Below are positions 24,540-32,384 of a stretch of 32,384 nt of DNA, piece after piece. The DNA comes from Nitriliruptoraceae bacterium (GTDB lineage Bacteria > Actinomycetota > Nitriliruptoria > Nitriliruptorales > Nitriliruptoraceae). The position numbers were made by a program, and so were the translations under genes. The stretch spans positions 1-32,384 of the forward strand of contig SKNP01000165.1 in NCBI GenBank assembly GCA_007120485.1, in the 5' to 3' direction. Under the pieces are notes generated by a model. That model saw nothing but the letters and a program-made list of their open reading frames with translations. It did no database searches and was not told the DNA's origin. How positions within the stretch are numbered: the first letter of the stretch is position 1; the number at the start of each line of letters is the position of its first letter.

Positions 24540-24580
24540 GCGCAGACGGTCTGCGCGGCAGTCTGCGCGGACGTCCGCGC
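24540..24580. repeat. Two adjacent perfect GC-rich palindromes, downstream of dut and upstream of the tRNA promoter
   Basis: GCGCAGAC-G-GTCTGCGC at 24540-24556 and GCGCGGACGTCCGCGC at 24565-24580. GTCTGCGC is also directly repeated at 24561-24568. Possible dut terminator or insulator hairpins; no U-tract. Confidence 0.45.
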
Positions 24581-24668
24581 CTCTGCACGCCGCCCCCGCC
24601 CGGACCGGCCGTCACCGCCGAGCCGACCGCTGCGAGTGACCCGGCCCAGGGGCCGGCGCGCCCTCCGT

Positions 24669-25130
24669 TCAGACCCCTGCGACACCCGTCGAACCGAACC
24701 CGGCGTCCCCACGATCGGTGTCGGACAACGCGTGGACCTCCACCACCTCGGCGGCCCCGACCGGCTGGAGCAGCAGCTGGGCGATGCGGTCACCGGCGTC
24801 GAGTTCCACGGTCCCCTCACCGAGGTTGATCAACAGCACGTGCACCTCACCGCGGTAGCCCGCGTCGATCGTGCCCGGGGCGTTGGCGACGGTGAGGCCG
24901 TGGCGGCGCGCGAGACCCGACCGCGGATGCACCAGTCCGACCCAGCCGACGGGGATCGCGACCGCCAACCCCGTCGCGACCGCGGTCCGCTCCCCCGGCG
25001 CCAACGTCACCGGGTCGGCCGCCGCCAGATCGAGCCCGGCGTCGTCGGGGTGCGCGTAGCGCGGGAGCGGGACGTCGTCGCGCAGCCGCTGCACCGGCAG
25101 CTGGAGCGATGCCCCGGAAGCGGTCGACAT
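24669..25130 (-). CDS. dut: dUTP diphosphatase (dUTPase)
   Basis: [68 protein letters not shown] covers all five trimeric dUTPase motifs. The track ORF to 25814 is an off-gene N-terminal extension overlapping WS/DGAT. Confidence 0.92.
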   Translation of the reverse strand: MSTASGASLQLPVQRLRDDVPLPRYAHPDDAGLDLAAADPVTLAPGERTAVATGLAVAIPVGWVGLVHPRSGLARRHGLTVANAPGTIDAGYRGEVHVLLINLGEGTVELDAGDRIAQLLLQPVGAAEVVEVHALSDTDRGDAGFGSTGVAGV

Positions 25131-25195
25131 CCCGGGCCCACCTGACGTCACCGTGCGGGACGAGCCATCGACGAGCCCGTCCGGGTTCACGTCGC

Positions 25196-26782
25196 TCACG
25201 ATCGCTCCTCGTGGGGTAGACCCGCATCGGTGCGGCCCGGAGGGCCCATCTCGCCGACCGGCGGCGGTCGGCGCGTCGCCTCCAGGTGCGCCGCCCGCTC
25301 CGACACGGCCGCCGCGCACACCGCCAACTCCTCGACCGACTCCATCAGCAGGCCGGGCACCACCTCGACGTCCGGGAGGGCGACGTAGTCGGCGACGAAC
25401 CCGACGTTGAGCCACCCGTCCATCGAGGTGACCCCGACCCCGTAGCTGTGGTGCGCCGCCAGCGGCGTGAACGGGAACGCGCCCAGCAACCGCGCACCGA
25501 GGCAGTAGATCGGGACCTGCGGTCCCGGCACGTTGGTGACCAGGAAGTTGAACACGCGGCTGTTGACGGCGATCCGCGACGCCATCGCGTGCAGCGTGGG
25601 CGGGGCGAACTCGCCCAGGCCGATCAGGAACCCGGCCCCGACCGCCGCGTGCGACGACTTGACCTCGCTCATCCCGTCGTGGACGACCCGCAGCCGCTCC
25701 ACCGGGTCCATCTCGAACATCGGGAGGTCGACGAACACCGCCACCACCTGGTTGCCGAGGTGGTGCTCCTCGGACGACTGCCGGGTGCTGACCGGCACCA
25801 TCGCCCGCAGCCACACGCCATCGGTGCTGACGCCCCGGTGGCGCAGGTAGCGACCGGTGGCGTCGGCGACGACCGACAGCACCACGTCGTTGACGGTGGT
25901 CGAGAACGCGTCCTTGATCGCCTTGATCCGTTCGAGCCGGACCCGCTGGATCGCGAACCGACGGTGGGCGCTCGGTTCCTGGTTCAGCAACGACGGTGGC
26001 GCCGGGCGGACCAGGCTGTTGGTCGCCACACGGCTCACCCCCCGACCGACCTCGAGCGCTCGACGTGCGAGGACCCGCGGCCGACGCGCCAGCCGGCCGA
26101 CCGACTCCGTCAACTCCGCAGGTGAGGTGACCAGGCTGCGGATGCTGTCAGCAGCGAGCGCCTTCGAGGACGGGGTCGGTCGAGGGAGCCACGGCTCGGG
26201 TTCGGGGATGCGGTCGCTCTGATCCGGCGCGAGGTCGAGCATGACCGTGGCGATGTCGATCCCCGCCAGCCCGTCGATCATCGCGTGGTGGGTCTTGCCC
26301 AACAGGGCGATACGGCCGTGCTCGAGCCCCTCGATCACGTACAGCTCCCAGAGGGGCCGGTCCCGGTCAAGCTGGCGGGACAGGATCCTGGCGGCGTACT
26401 CGTTGAGCTGCTGGGTCGTGCCGGGGGATGGCAACGCCGCGTGCCGCACGTGGTAGGCGAGGTCGAACTCCGGATCGTCGATCCAGCGAGCGGTGCCGAG
26501 ATGCAGCGGTGCCTCGATGACCCGCTGGCGGTACCGCGGGATCAGGTGCAGCCGCGACTGGACGAGGTCCACGAACTGACCGAACGAGAACCGCCGCTCA
26601 CCCTCGGGCGGGTCGAAGATGAACAGCCCACCGACGTGCATCGGCCGGGTGCTCGACTCCATCTCCAGGAACGCCGCATCGAGCGAGCTGAGCTTCTCCC
26701 CATGTCGCTGATGGGCCGCGCTGGAGTCGGTCACCTCGCCGACGGGGTCCACGCCCGAGCGGTCGTACGCATCGTCGGCCAC
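25196..26782 (-). CDS. Wax ester synthase/diacylglycerol acyltransferase (WS/DGAT) family protein
   Basis: [24 protein letters not shown]-terminus, catalytic [10 protein letters not shown] (HHxxxDG), and C-terminal [10 protein letters not shown] motif. GTG 26782 has AGAGGGAG upstream. Confidence 0.85.
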   Translation of the reverse strand: MADDAYDRSGVDPVGEVTDSSAAHQRHGEKLSSLDAAFLEMESSTRPMHVGGLFIFDPPEGERRFSFGQFVDLVQSRLHLIPRYRQRVIEAPLHLGTARWIDDPEFDLAYHVRHAALPSPGTTQQLNEYAARILSRQLDRDRPLWELYVIEGLEHGRIALLGKTHHAMIDGLAGIDIATVMLDLAPDQSDRIPEPEPWLPRPTPSSKALAADSIRSLVTSPAELTESVGRLARRPRVLARRALEVGRGVSRVATNSLVRPAPPSLLNQEPSAHRRFAIQRVRLERIKAIKDAFSTTVNDVVLSVVADATGRYLRHRGVSTDGVWLRAMVPVSTRQSSEEHHLGNQVVAVFVDLPMFEMDPVERLRVVHDGMSEVKSSHAAVGAGFLIGLGEFAPPTLHAMASRIAVNSRVFNFLVTNVPGPQVPIYCLGARLLGAFPFTPLAAHHSYGVGVTSMDGWLNVGFVADYVALPDVEVVPGLLMESVEELAVCAAAVSERAAHLEATRRPPPVGEMGPPGRTDAGLPHEERS

Positions 26783-26936
26783 GTGGCTCCCTCTGACGGC
26801 AACGTCGAGCGTATCGATGAGGCTCGCCGAGGCCGATGGTCCTGCTCGGTTCGGCGTCGGAACGAGTTGCGTGGAACGGTCGCCATCGGCGCCGCGTGCG
26901 GACTCGTCCCAGCGTTGCGGATGGTCGACCCGACCC

Positions 26937-28403
26937 TCAGGCGCCGCGGGCGCTCAGGAACCGCTCACGCGCCTCGCGATGGTCGACGATCGGCGGTGGG
27001 TAGTCCGAGGCGGCGCGCAGCAGGGTGTCGTCCGCTTCCCACGGCGCGTGGATGTGCGCGTCGTCGACCTCGGCGAGCTCGGGCACGTACGCGCGCACGT
27101 AGCTCCCGTCGGGGTCGTGGCGCTGCCCCTGGGTCACCGGGTTGAACATGCGGTTGGGTCGGGAGTCGGTGCCGGTCCCGGCGGTCCACTGCCACTGGCC
27201 GAAGTTGTTGGCCAGATCCCCGTCGACCAGGTGGTCCATGAAGTGCCAGGCACCGACGCGCCAGTCCACGTACAGGTGCTTGGTGAGGAACGAGGCCACG
27301 ATCATCCGGGCCCGGTTGTGCATCCACCCGTCGTGGCGAAGCTGGCGCATCCCGGCGTCGACCACCGGGTAGCCGGTGAGGCCGTCCTGCCAGGCCTCGA
27401 CCGCGTCCTGCTCATCACGCCACGCGTCGCCCTGGGTCCGGACATCGGCATGGGTCAGATCGGGCCGGGCCGCGAGCAGCTGGTGGTTGAAGTCCCGCCA
27501 GCACAGCTCCTGGAGGAACGCCTCCTGCCCGGGCCGGGTGCGGTCGACGCGGGCGACCAGCTCCGCGACCGAGATCGTGCCCAGGTGCAGGTGCGGCGAC
27601 AGCCGGGACGTTCCGTCCTCCGCCAGGTGGTTGCGGGTGTCGTCGTAGGCATCGATCGGGCCGTCGAACCACAGGTCTGCCCGCTCGCGTGCAGCGGTCT
27701 CCCCTGCCGGGGGCAGGCCCGGGGCGGTCGGGCCGTCGGTGAGCTCCTCGAGGGCCGGCAGGGCCCCGGCCAGCGGCGGGTCGTCCGGCGCGCGGGTCGA
27801 GGTCGAGGCGGAGGTCGACGTCGAGTTCGCGGTCGAGGCGGAGGTCGACGTCGAGGTCGACGTCGGGGTCAGGGGCGGGGTGGACACGCGGCTCGGGGCC
27901 GGCTCGGGTGCCCGATGGTCGGCGGCGACCCACCGGCGCCAGTAGGGGCTGAACACCTTGAAGTGGTCTCCCCCCGACGGCGCGAGGTCATCCGGTGGGA
28001 TCTGCACGATGCCCGGGTGGACCTGGACCGCGAGCCGTCCGCCCAGCGGGCCGCGCGCGAGCGTCCGCAACCGCTGCTCGCGTCGGTCGGCGTACGCGCT
28101 GACGTCCGAGCTGAGGTGGAGCTGGTCGGCGGCCACCTCGATGGCCAGGTCGTGGACCTGCTCGACCGGATCACCTCGACGGATGACCAGGTCGCCACCG
28201 CGCTCCTGCAGGCGGCGACGGAGGTCACGCACGCTGTCGAGCAGCGCGCTGACGCGGTTGGGCGCGGCGTAGCGCGACCGCAGGATCGCGTCGTCGAACA
28301 CGAACAGCGGCACGACCCGATCGGCCTCGCGGCAGGCGGCGGCCAGCGCCGGGTGATCGTGGACGCGTAGGTCGCGGGTGAACAGCACGATCGCGGTCGT
28401 CAC
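26937..28403 (-). CDS. phr: Deoxyribodipyrimidine photolyase / cryptochrome-family flavoprotein
   Basis: N-terminus IVLFTRDLRVHDHPAL. FAD-binding half is WRDFNHQ..GYPVVDAGMRQL..GWMHNRARMIVASFL..DGDLANNFGQWQWTAGTG..FNPVTQG. GTG 28403 has GGAGA 5 nt upstream. The track start at 28628 adds a non-homologous Arg-rich extension. Confidence 0.85.
   Translation of the reverse strand: MTTAIVLFTRDLRVHDHPALAAACREADRVVPLFVFDDAILRSRYAAPNRVSALLDSVRDLRRRLQERGGDLVIRRGDPVEQVHDLAIEVAADQLHLSSDVSAYADRREQRLRTLARGPLGGRLAVQVHPGIVQIPPDDLAPSGGDHFKVFSPYWRRWVAADHRAPEPAPSRVSTPPLTPTSTSTSTSASTANSTSTSASTSTRAPDDPPLAGALPALEELTDGPTAPGLPPAGETAARERADLWFDGPIDAYDDTRNHLAEDGTSRLSPHLHLGTISVAELVARVDRTRPGQEAFLQELCWRDFNHQLLAARPDLTHADVRTQGDAWRDEQDAVEAWQDGLTGYPVVDAGMRQLRHDGWMHNRARMIVASFLTKHLYVDWRVGAWHFMDHLVDGDLANNFGQWQWTAGTGTDSRPNRMFNPVTQGQRHDPDGSYVRAYVPELAEVDDAHIHAPWEADDTLLRAASDYPPPIVDHREARERFLSARGA
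27801..27860. repeat. 30-bp in-frame tandem duplication (28/30 identical) within a wider GTCGAG/GTCGAC hexamer-rich tract (27796-27870) inside the photolyase gene
   Basis: ggtcgaggcggaggtcgacgtcgagttcgc (27801-27830) versus ggtcgaggcggaggtcgacgtcgaggtcga (27831-27860). It encodes the linker ..TPTSTSTSTSASTANSTSTSASTSTRAP.. on the minus strand. Confidence 0.85.
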
Positions 28404-28432
28404 GCGGTCTCCGGGGTCGGTCGGGTCTGGGC

Positions 28433-28459
28433 GGGGCGGATCGGTTGGGGCGGATCGGT
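28433..28459. repeat. 13-nt direct repeat x2 (ggggcggatcggt, period 14) in the phr-lhr divergent intergenic region
   Basis: Exact copies at 28433-28445 and 28447-28459, about 30-55 nt upstream of the phr start. Confidence 0.8.
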
Positions 28460-28622
28460 GCGGGGCGTGGCGATGTCGCTGCCGTCCCCCACCGGTCTTC
28501 GGACCCACAGGGCTCCTGGCCGAGGTCGACCGCCGCACCCTCCCCCGGCTGCGCTGCAGGAAACGTGTGCACCCAGGACCACTGCATGTGCACCGACCTG
28601 CACACACGGCCGTCGGCGGGCG

Positions 28623-28644
28623 TGTCACCGGCCGCGGGTAGGGT
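28623..28644 (+). promoter_or_regulatory. RecA-independent DNA-damage promoter-like motif (RecA-NDp / PafBC type) upstream of lhr: TGTCA-N11-TAGGGT
   Basis: The sequence gTGTCAccg-gccgcggg-TAGGGT matches the core and the exact spacing of the actinobacterial consensus tTGTCRgtg-N8-TAnnnT. The -10 box ends 10 nt before ATG 28655. Confidence 0.45.
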
Positions 28645-28654
28645 CGAGGCGACG

Positions 28655-31600
28655 ATGACCGACGACGTGCTCCAGCGGTTCTCCGCCCCCGCCCGCGAGT
28701 GGTTCACCACCACGTTCGCGCAGCCGACGGCTGCCCAGCAGCAGGGCTGGCCGGCGATCGCCGACGGCCAGCACACCTTGATCCTGGCGCCGACCGGCTC
28801 GGGCAAGACGCTCACGGCCTTCTACTGGGCGATCGACCGGCTGACCTCCACGCCGCCACCCGAAGACCCGAGCCGACGGCTGCGGGTGCTGTACGTCTCA
28901 CCGCTGCGGGCGCTGGCGGTGGACGTCGACCGCAACCTGCGCGCACCGCTGGAGGGCATCAGGCTGGCTGGCGAGCGGCTGGGCATCGAGGTGCACCGTC
29001 CACAGGTGGGCGTGCGCACCGGCGACACACCGGCGCGGGAGCGCGAACGGATGCGGCGCCGACCACCCGACGTGCTGATCACCACCCCGGAATCGCTGTA
29101 CCTGCTGCTGACCTCGCAGGCACGCGAGACCCTGCGCGGGGTCGAGGCCGTCATCATCGACGAGATCCACGCCCTGGCCCCGACCAAACGCGGCAGCCAC
29201 CTCACGCTGTCGCTGGAGCGGCTCGAACACGAGGTCCGGTTCGGGGGGCTCGACGAGGACGCTGCGCCGCGGCCGGCGCCCCAACGCATCGCGCTGTCGG
29301 CCACACAACGGCCGCTGGACGAGATCGCCCGGTTCCTCGGCGGCTACGCCGATCCCCCGACGACCGAGACGAGCTCGACGAGCACCGCCGGTGCACCGGA
29401 CGGCCAGGGTCAGGACGACACGGGCCCCCGCGACCCCAGCCACGGGTTCGACCACCACCACGACCGCCCGGCCGGACCGGAACGTCCCGTGACGATCGTC
29501 GACGCCGGCATGCGCAAGGAGCTCGACCTGGAGGTGGTCGTCCCGCTGGAGGACATGGCCGAGCTCGGCGAGCAGATCGAGGGCGGCCGCGACGCGCAGC
29601 TGATGTCCGGGGCGGCCGCGCAGAGCCCCGCCCGCCGGTCCATCTGGCCGGCGATCCACCCGAAGCTGCTCGACCTGGTCCTCGACCACCGGTCCACCCT
29701 GATCTTCGTCAACGCGCGCCGGCTGGCCGAGCGGCTCGCCGCCAAGCTCAACGAGCTGCACGCGCAGCGCGAGGAGGAGGCCCACCTGCGCGGTCGCGGC
29801 CTGGACGACGCCCAGCTCGACCAGGCGCTGCAGGCGCTGGCCGACCATGGGCCCGGGGCGGGCCGGGCCATCGCCGATGGCATCGATCCGGAGCACGCCG
29901 CCGACCACGCGCACGACCCGGCCAACCCGCACGACCCGGGCAGCGCCCACGTCCCGGAGCTGGTCAAGGCCCACCACGGCTCGCTCAGCCGGGAACGCCG
30001 GCTGCAGATCGAGGACGAGCTCAAGTCCGGCCAGCTCCGCGGCCTGGTCGCGACCTCCAGCCTGGAGCTGGGCATCGACATGGGTGCGGTCGACCAGGTC
30101 GTGCAGGTCGCCTCCCCCGGCGCGGTCAGCCGCGGCCTGCAGCGCATCGGCCGCGCCGGTCACCAGGTCGACCAGCCCTCCCGAGGCGTGCTGTTCCCCA
30201 AGTACCGCGGCGACCTGGTGGAGATCGCCGTCGTCACCCGCCGGATGCGCGACGGGGCGATCGAGGCCACCCGCTACCCCCGCAACCCCTTGGACGTCCT
30301 CGCGCAGCAGATCGTCGCCATGACCGCGGTCGATCCGTGGCACCTCGACGACCTCGCGGCGGTCGTTCGCCGCGCCGCACCGTTCCACGAACTGTCCGAC
30401 GAGGTGCTCCACGCGGTCCTCGACCTGCTGGCTGGCCGCTACCCGTCGGAGGAGTTCGCCGAGCTGCGGCCGCGCATCGTCTGGGACCGCGTCGCGCAGA
30501 CCGTCCGGGCGCGCGCCGGGGCGCAACGGCTCGCGGTGACCAACCCGGGGACGATCCCCGACCGCGGGCTGTTCGGCGTGTTCCTACCGGACGGCACCCG
30601 GGTCGGCGAACTCGACGAGGAGATGGTCCACGAGTCCCGCGCCGGGGAGACGTTCGTGCTCGGCGCCTCCACCTGGCGCATCGAGGACATCACCTACGAC
30701 CGGGTCGTCGTCACCCCCGCGCCGGGCGAGCCGGGCAAGCTGCCGTTCTGGCACGGGGACGGACCCGGACGGCCGTTCGAGCTCGGCCAGGCGCTGGGGG
30801 CCTTCCACCGCACCGTGCGCGAGGCGTCCGAGACCGACCGCGACGCCGAGGTGGCACGGCTGCAGGCCGAGCACGACCTCGACGGATGGGCGGCGGACAA
30901 CCTCGTCGCCTACCTCGAGGAACAGCGACAGGTCACCGGGTCGCTGCCCGACGACCGGACGATCGTCGTGGAGCGGTTCCGGGACGAACTGGGTGACTGG
31001 CGCGTCTGCCTGCTGTCGCCGTTCGGGGCGCAGGTGCACGCTCCGTGGGCCATGGCGATCGAGCACCGCCTGACCCAGGAGGGCCACGACCCGGAGGTGA
31101 TGTGGACCGACGACGGGATCGTGCTGCGGCTGCTGGACACCACCGCGGACCCGTTCACCGGGACGATCGACGCGTCCCTGGGGGGCGTGGTCGACCGGTT
31201 GGCCGGTGCCGCGTTCGAGGCCGCCGACGGTCCGCGCGGCGGCGAAGGCGCGGCCGCCGGCGCCAACGGCGGATCGGTGGAGGCACGGGGCCCGGTCGCC
31301 GACGACGCCGCGCCGTCGCTGCTCGACGCGTTGCTGATCGACCCGGACGACATCGACGACCTGGTCGTCGCGCAACTGGCCGGCACCGCGCTGTTCACCA
31401 CGCTGTTCCGCGAAGCCGCCGGCCGGGCCCTGCTGCTGCCCAAGCGGATGCCGGGCAAACGCACCGCCCTGTGGCACCAGCGACAGCGCGCCGCGGACCT
31501 GCTCCAGGTCGCCAGCCGCTACCCGAGCTTCCCCATCGTCTTGGAGGCCACCCGCGAAGCGCTCCAGGACGTGTTCGACCTGCCCGGCCTGCGCACCCTC

Positions 31601-32384
31601 CTGGCCGACCTGCGCAGCCGCAAGCTTAGGATCGTGGAGGTCGAGACCTCCTCGGCCTCCCCGTTCGCCCAGTCGCTGCTGTTCGGCTGGGTCGGGCAGT
31701 ACATGTACGAGTACGACGCACCGCTCGCCGAACGTCGGGCGGCGGCGCTCGCGCTGGACCGCGACCTGCTCCGCGAACTGCTCGGCGGCGACGAACTGCG
31801 CGACCTGCTCGACGCGGACGTCCTCGCACAGCTCGAACGGGAGCTCCAGCGGCTGCCGGCCGACACCGATGAGACCGGTCCCACGGAGGCCGCCGACGCC
31901 CCACCGGACCGGCGCGCCCGCGACGTGGACGAGCTGCACGACGTCCTGCGCCAGCTCGGTGACCTCACCCGTGAGGAGCTCGCCGAGCGATCCCGACACG
32001 AGCCGCACGCCTGGATCGAGCAGCTGCTCGAGGAACGGCGCGCCATCGCGGTGCGCGTCGGCGGACAGGAGCGCATCGCCGCCGCGGACGACGCCGCCCG
32101 CCTGCGCGACGCGATCGGGGTGGCGCTGCCGCCGGGGCTGCCGCAGGCCTACACCGAACCGGTCGAGGACCCGCTCGCCGACCTCGTCGCCCGCTACGCC
32201 CGCACCCACGGCCCGTTCCACGCGGAGGCCTGCGCCCACCGGCTGGCCGTCCCCACTGAGCGGGTCCTGGCCACCCTGCGATGGCTGGCCCGCTCCGACC
32301 GGGTGTTGGAGGGCGAGTTCCGCCCCGACGGCAGCGGCCGCGAATGGATCGACACCGAGGTGCTCCGTCGGCTCAAACGCCGCT
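28655..32384 (+). CDS. lhr: ATP-dependent DNA helicase Lhr (superfamily 2, DEAH-type), 3'-truncated by the window end
   Basis: This gene is not in the ORF track. My manual read of frame 2 from ATG 28655 to base 32384 found no stop. Translation: MTDDVLQRFSAPAREWFTTTFAQPTAAQQQGWPAIADGQHTLILAPTGSGKTLTAF.. (motif I), VIIDEIHAL (DEIH), TLIFVNARRLAERLA, KAHHGSLSRERRLQIEDELKSGQLRGLVATSSLELGIDMG, LQRIGRAGH (motif VI), then Lhr-specific WH/DEAD-associated regions through to ..EWIDTEVLRRLKRR. Confidence 0.9.
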   Translation, partial: MTDDVLQRFSAPAREWFTTTFAQPTAAQQQGWPAIADGQHTLILAPTGSGKTLTAFYWAIDRLTSTPPPEDPSRRLRVLYVSPLRALAVDVDRNLRAPLEGIRLAGERLGIEVHRPQVGVRTGDTPARERERMRRRPPDVLITTPESLYLLLTSQARETLRGVEAVIIDEIHALAPTKRGSHLTLSLERLEHEVRFGGLDEDAAPRPAPQRIALSATQRPLDEIARFLGGYADPPTTETSSTSTAGAPDGQGQDDTGPRDPSHGFDHHHDRPAGPERPVTIVDAGMRKELDLEVVVPLEDMAELGEQIEGGRDAQLMSGAAAQSPARRSIWPAIHPKLLDLVLDHRSTLIFVNARRLAERLAAKLNELHAQREEEAHLRGRGLDDAQLDQALQALADHGPGAGRAIADGIDPEHAADHAHDPANPHDPGSAHVPELVKAHHGSLSRERRLQIEDELKSGQLRGLVATSSLELGIDMGAVDQVVQVASPGAVSRGLQRIGRAGHQVDQPSRGVLFPKYRGDLVEIAVVTRRMRDGAIEATRYPRNPLDVLAQQIVAMTAVDPWHLDDLAAVVRRAAPFHELSDEVLHAVLDLLAGRYPSEEFAELRPRIVWDRVAQTVRARAGAQRLAVTNPGTIPDRGLFGVFLPDGTRVGELDEEMVHESRAGETFVLGASTWRIEDITYDRVVVTPAPGEPGKLPFWHGDGPGRPFELGQALGAFHRTVREASETDRDAEVARLQAEHDLDGWAADNLVAYLEEQRQVTGSLPDDRTIVVERFRDELGDWRVCLLSPFGAQVHAPWAMAIEHRLTQEGHDPEVMWTDDGIVLRLLDTTADPFTGTIDASLGGVVDRLAGAAFEAADGPRGGEGAAAGANGGSVEARGPVADDAAPSLLDALLIDPDDIDDLVVAQLAGTALFTTLFREAAGRALLLPKRMPGKRTALWHQRQRAADLLQVASRYPSFPIVLEATREALQDVFDLPGLRTLLADLRSRKLRIVEVETSSASPFAQSLLFGWVGQYMYEYDAPLAERRAAALALDRDLLRELLGGDELRDLLDADVLAQLERELQRLPADTDETGPTEAADAPPDRRARDVDELHDVLRQLGDLTREELAERSRHEPHAWIEQLLEERRAIAVRVGGQERIAAADDAARLRDAIGVALPPGLPQAYTEPVEDPLADLVARYARTHGPFHAEACAHRLAVPTERVLATLRWLARSDRVLEGEFRPDGSGREWIDTEVLRRLKRR

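Noticed and set aside
28699-30996. 765-aa plus-strand ORF, the only same-strand track entry covering the right end of the window.
   Set aside because: It is the +1 frame of lhr. Its translation is Arg/Pro/Gly-rich, whereas frame 2 gives canonical helicase motifs.

Overview
Very GC-rich, GC3-dominated chromosomal segment of actinobacterial type. The taxon call rests on the tRNA-Gly sequence, Lhr, WS/DGAT, GAF-ANTAR proteins and TANNNT promoters. I can support 27 protein-coding genes, one tRNA-Gly(GCC), and several small repeats and regulatory candidates.

Left to right:
- 3' part of a STAND/TPR regulator.
- An orphan cytoplasmic MEDS-type histidine kinase.
- A SAM methyltransferase.
- An ~8.8 kb minus-strand eight-gene operon with overlapping stop/start codons: family-5 solute-binding lipoprotein, two permeases, two ATPases, DmpA/S58 aminopeptidase, SDR, amidase.
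- A second methyltransferase.
- A small membrane protein carrying tandem repeats.
- An MFS transporter.
- Two tandem GAF-ANTAR regulators.
- A rhodanese lipoprotein, a GntR/HutC regulator and an SseA-type sulfurtransferase.
- A third methyltransferase and an alpha/beta hydrolase.
- A 923-aa LAL/LuxR STAND regulator.
- tRNA-Gly, dut and a WS/DGAT acyltransferase.
- A divergent DNA-repair pair, photolyase and Lhr helicase.

Lhr (28655 to the window end) is missing from the supplied ORF track because it has no stop codon inside the window. Most other long track ORFs are antisense or off-frame shadow ORFs typical of high-GC DNA.

I saw no CRISPR array, transposase or integrase, prophage, toxin-antitoxin pair or recognisable defence operon. 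I read this as largely ordinary chromosome and cannot point to a convincing novel system. The best leads, all modest:
1. A RecA-independent (PafBC-type) DNA-damage promoter motif with exact spacing in front of lhr.
2. The peptide-importer/DmpA/SDR/amidase operon.
3. A perfect 12-bp palindrome fused to a TAGAAT box in an AT-rich islet upstream of the rhodanese gene.
4. The tandem GAF-ANTAR pair, whose RNA target is unknown.
5. In-frame tandem DNA repeats in two genes.
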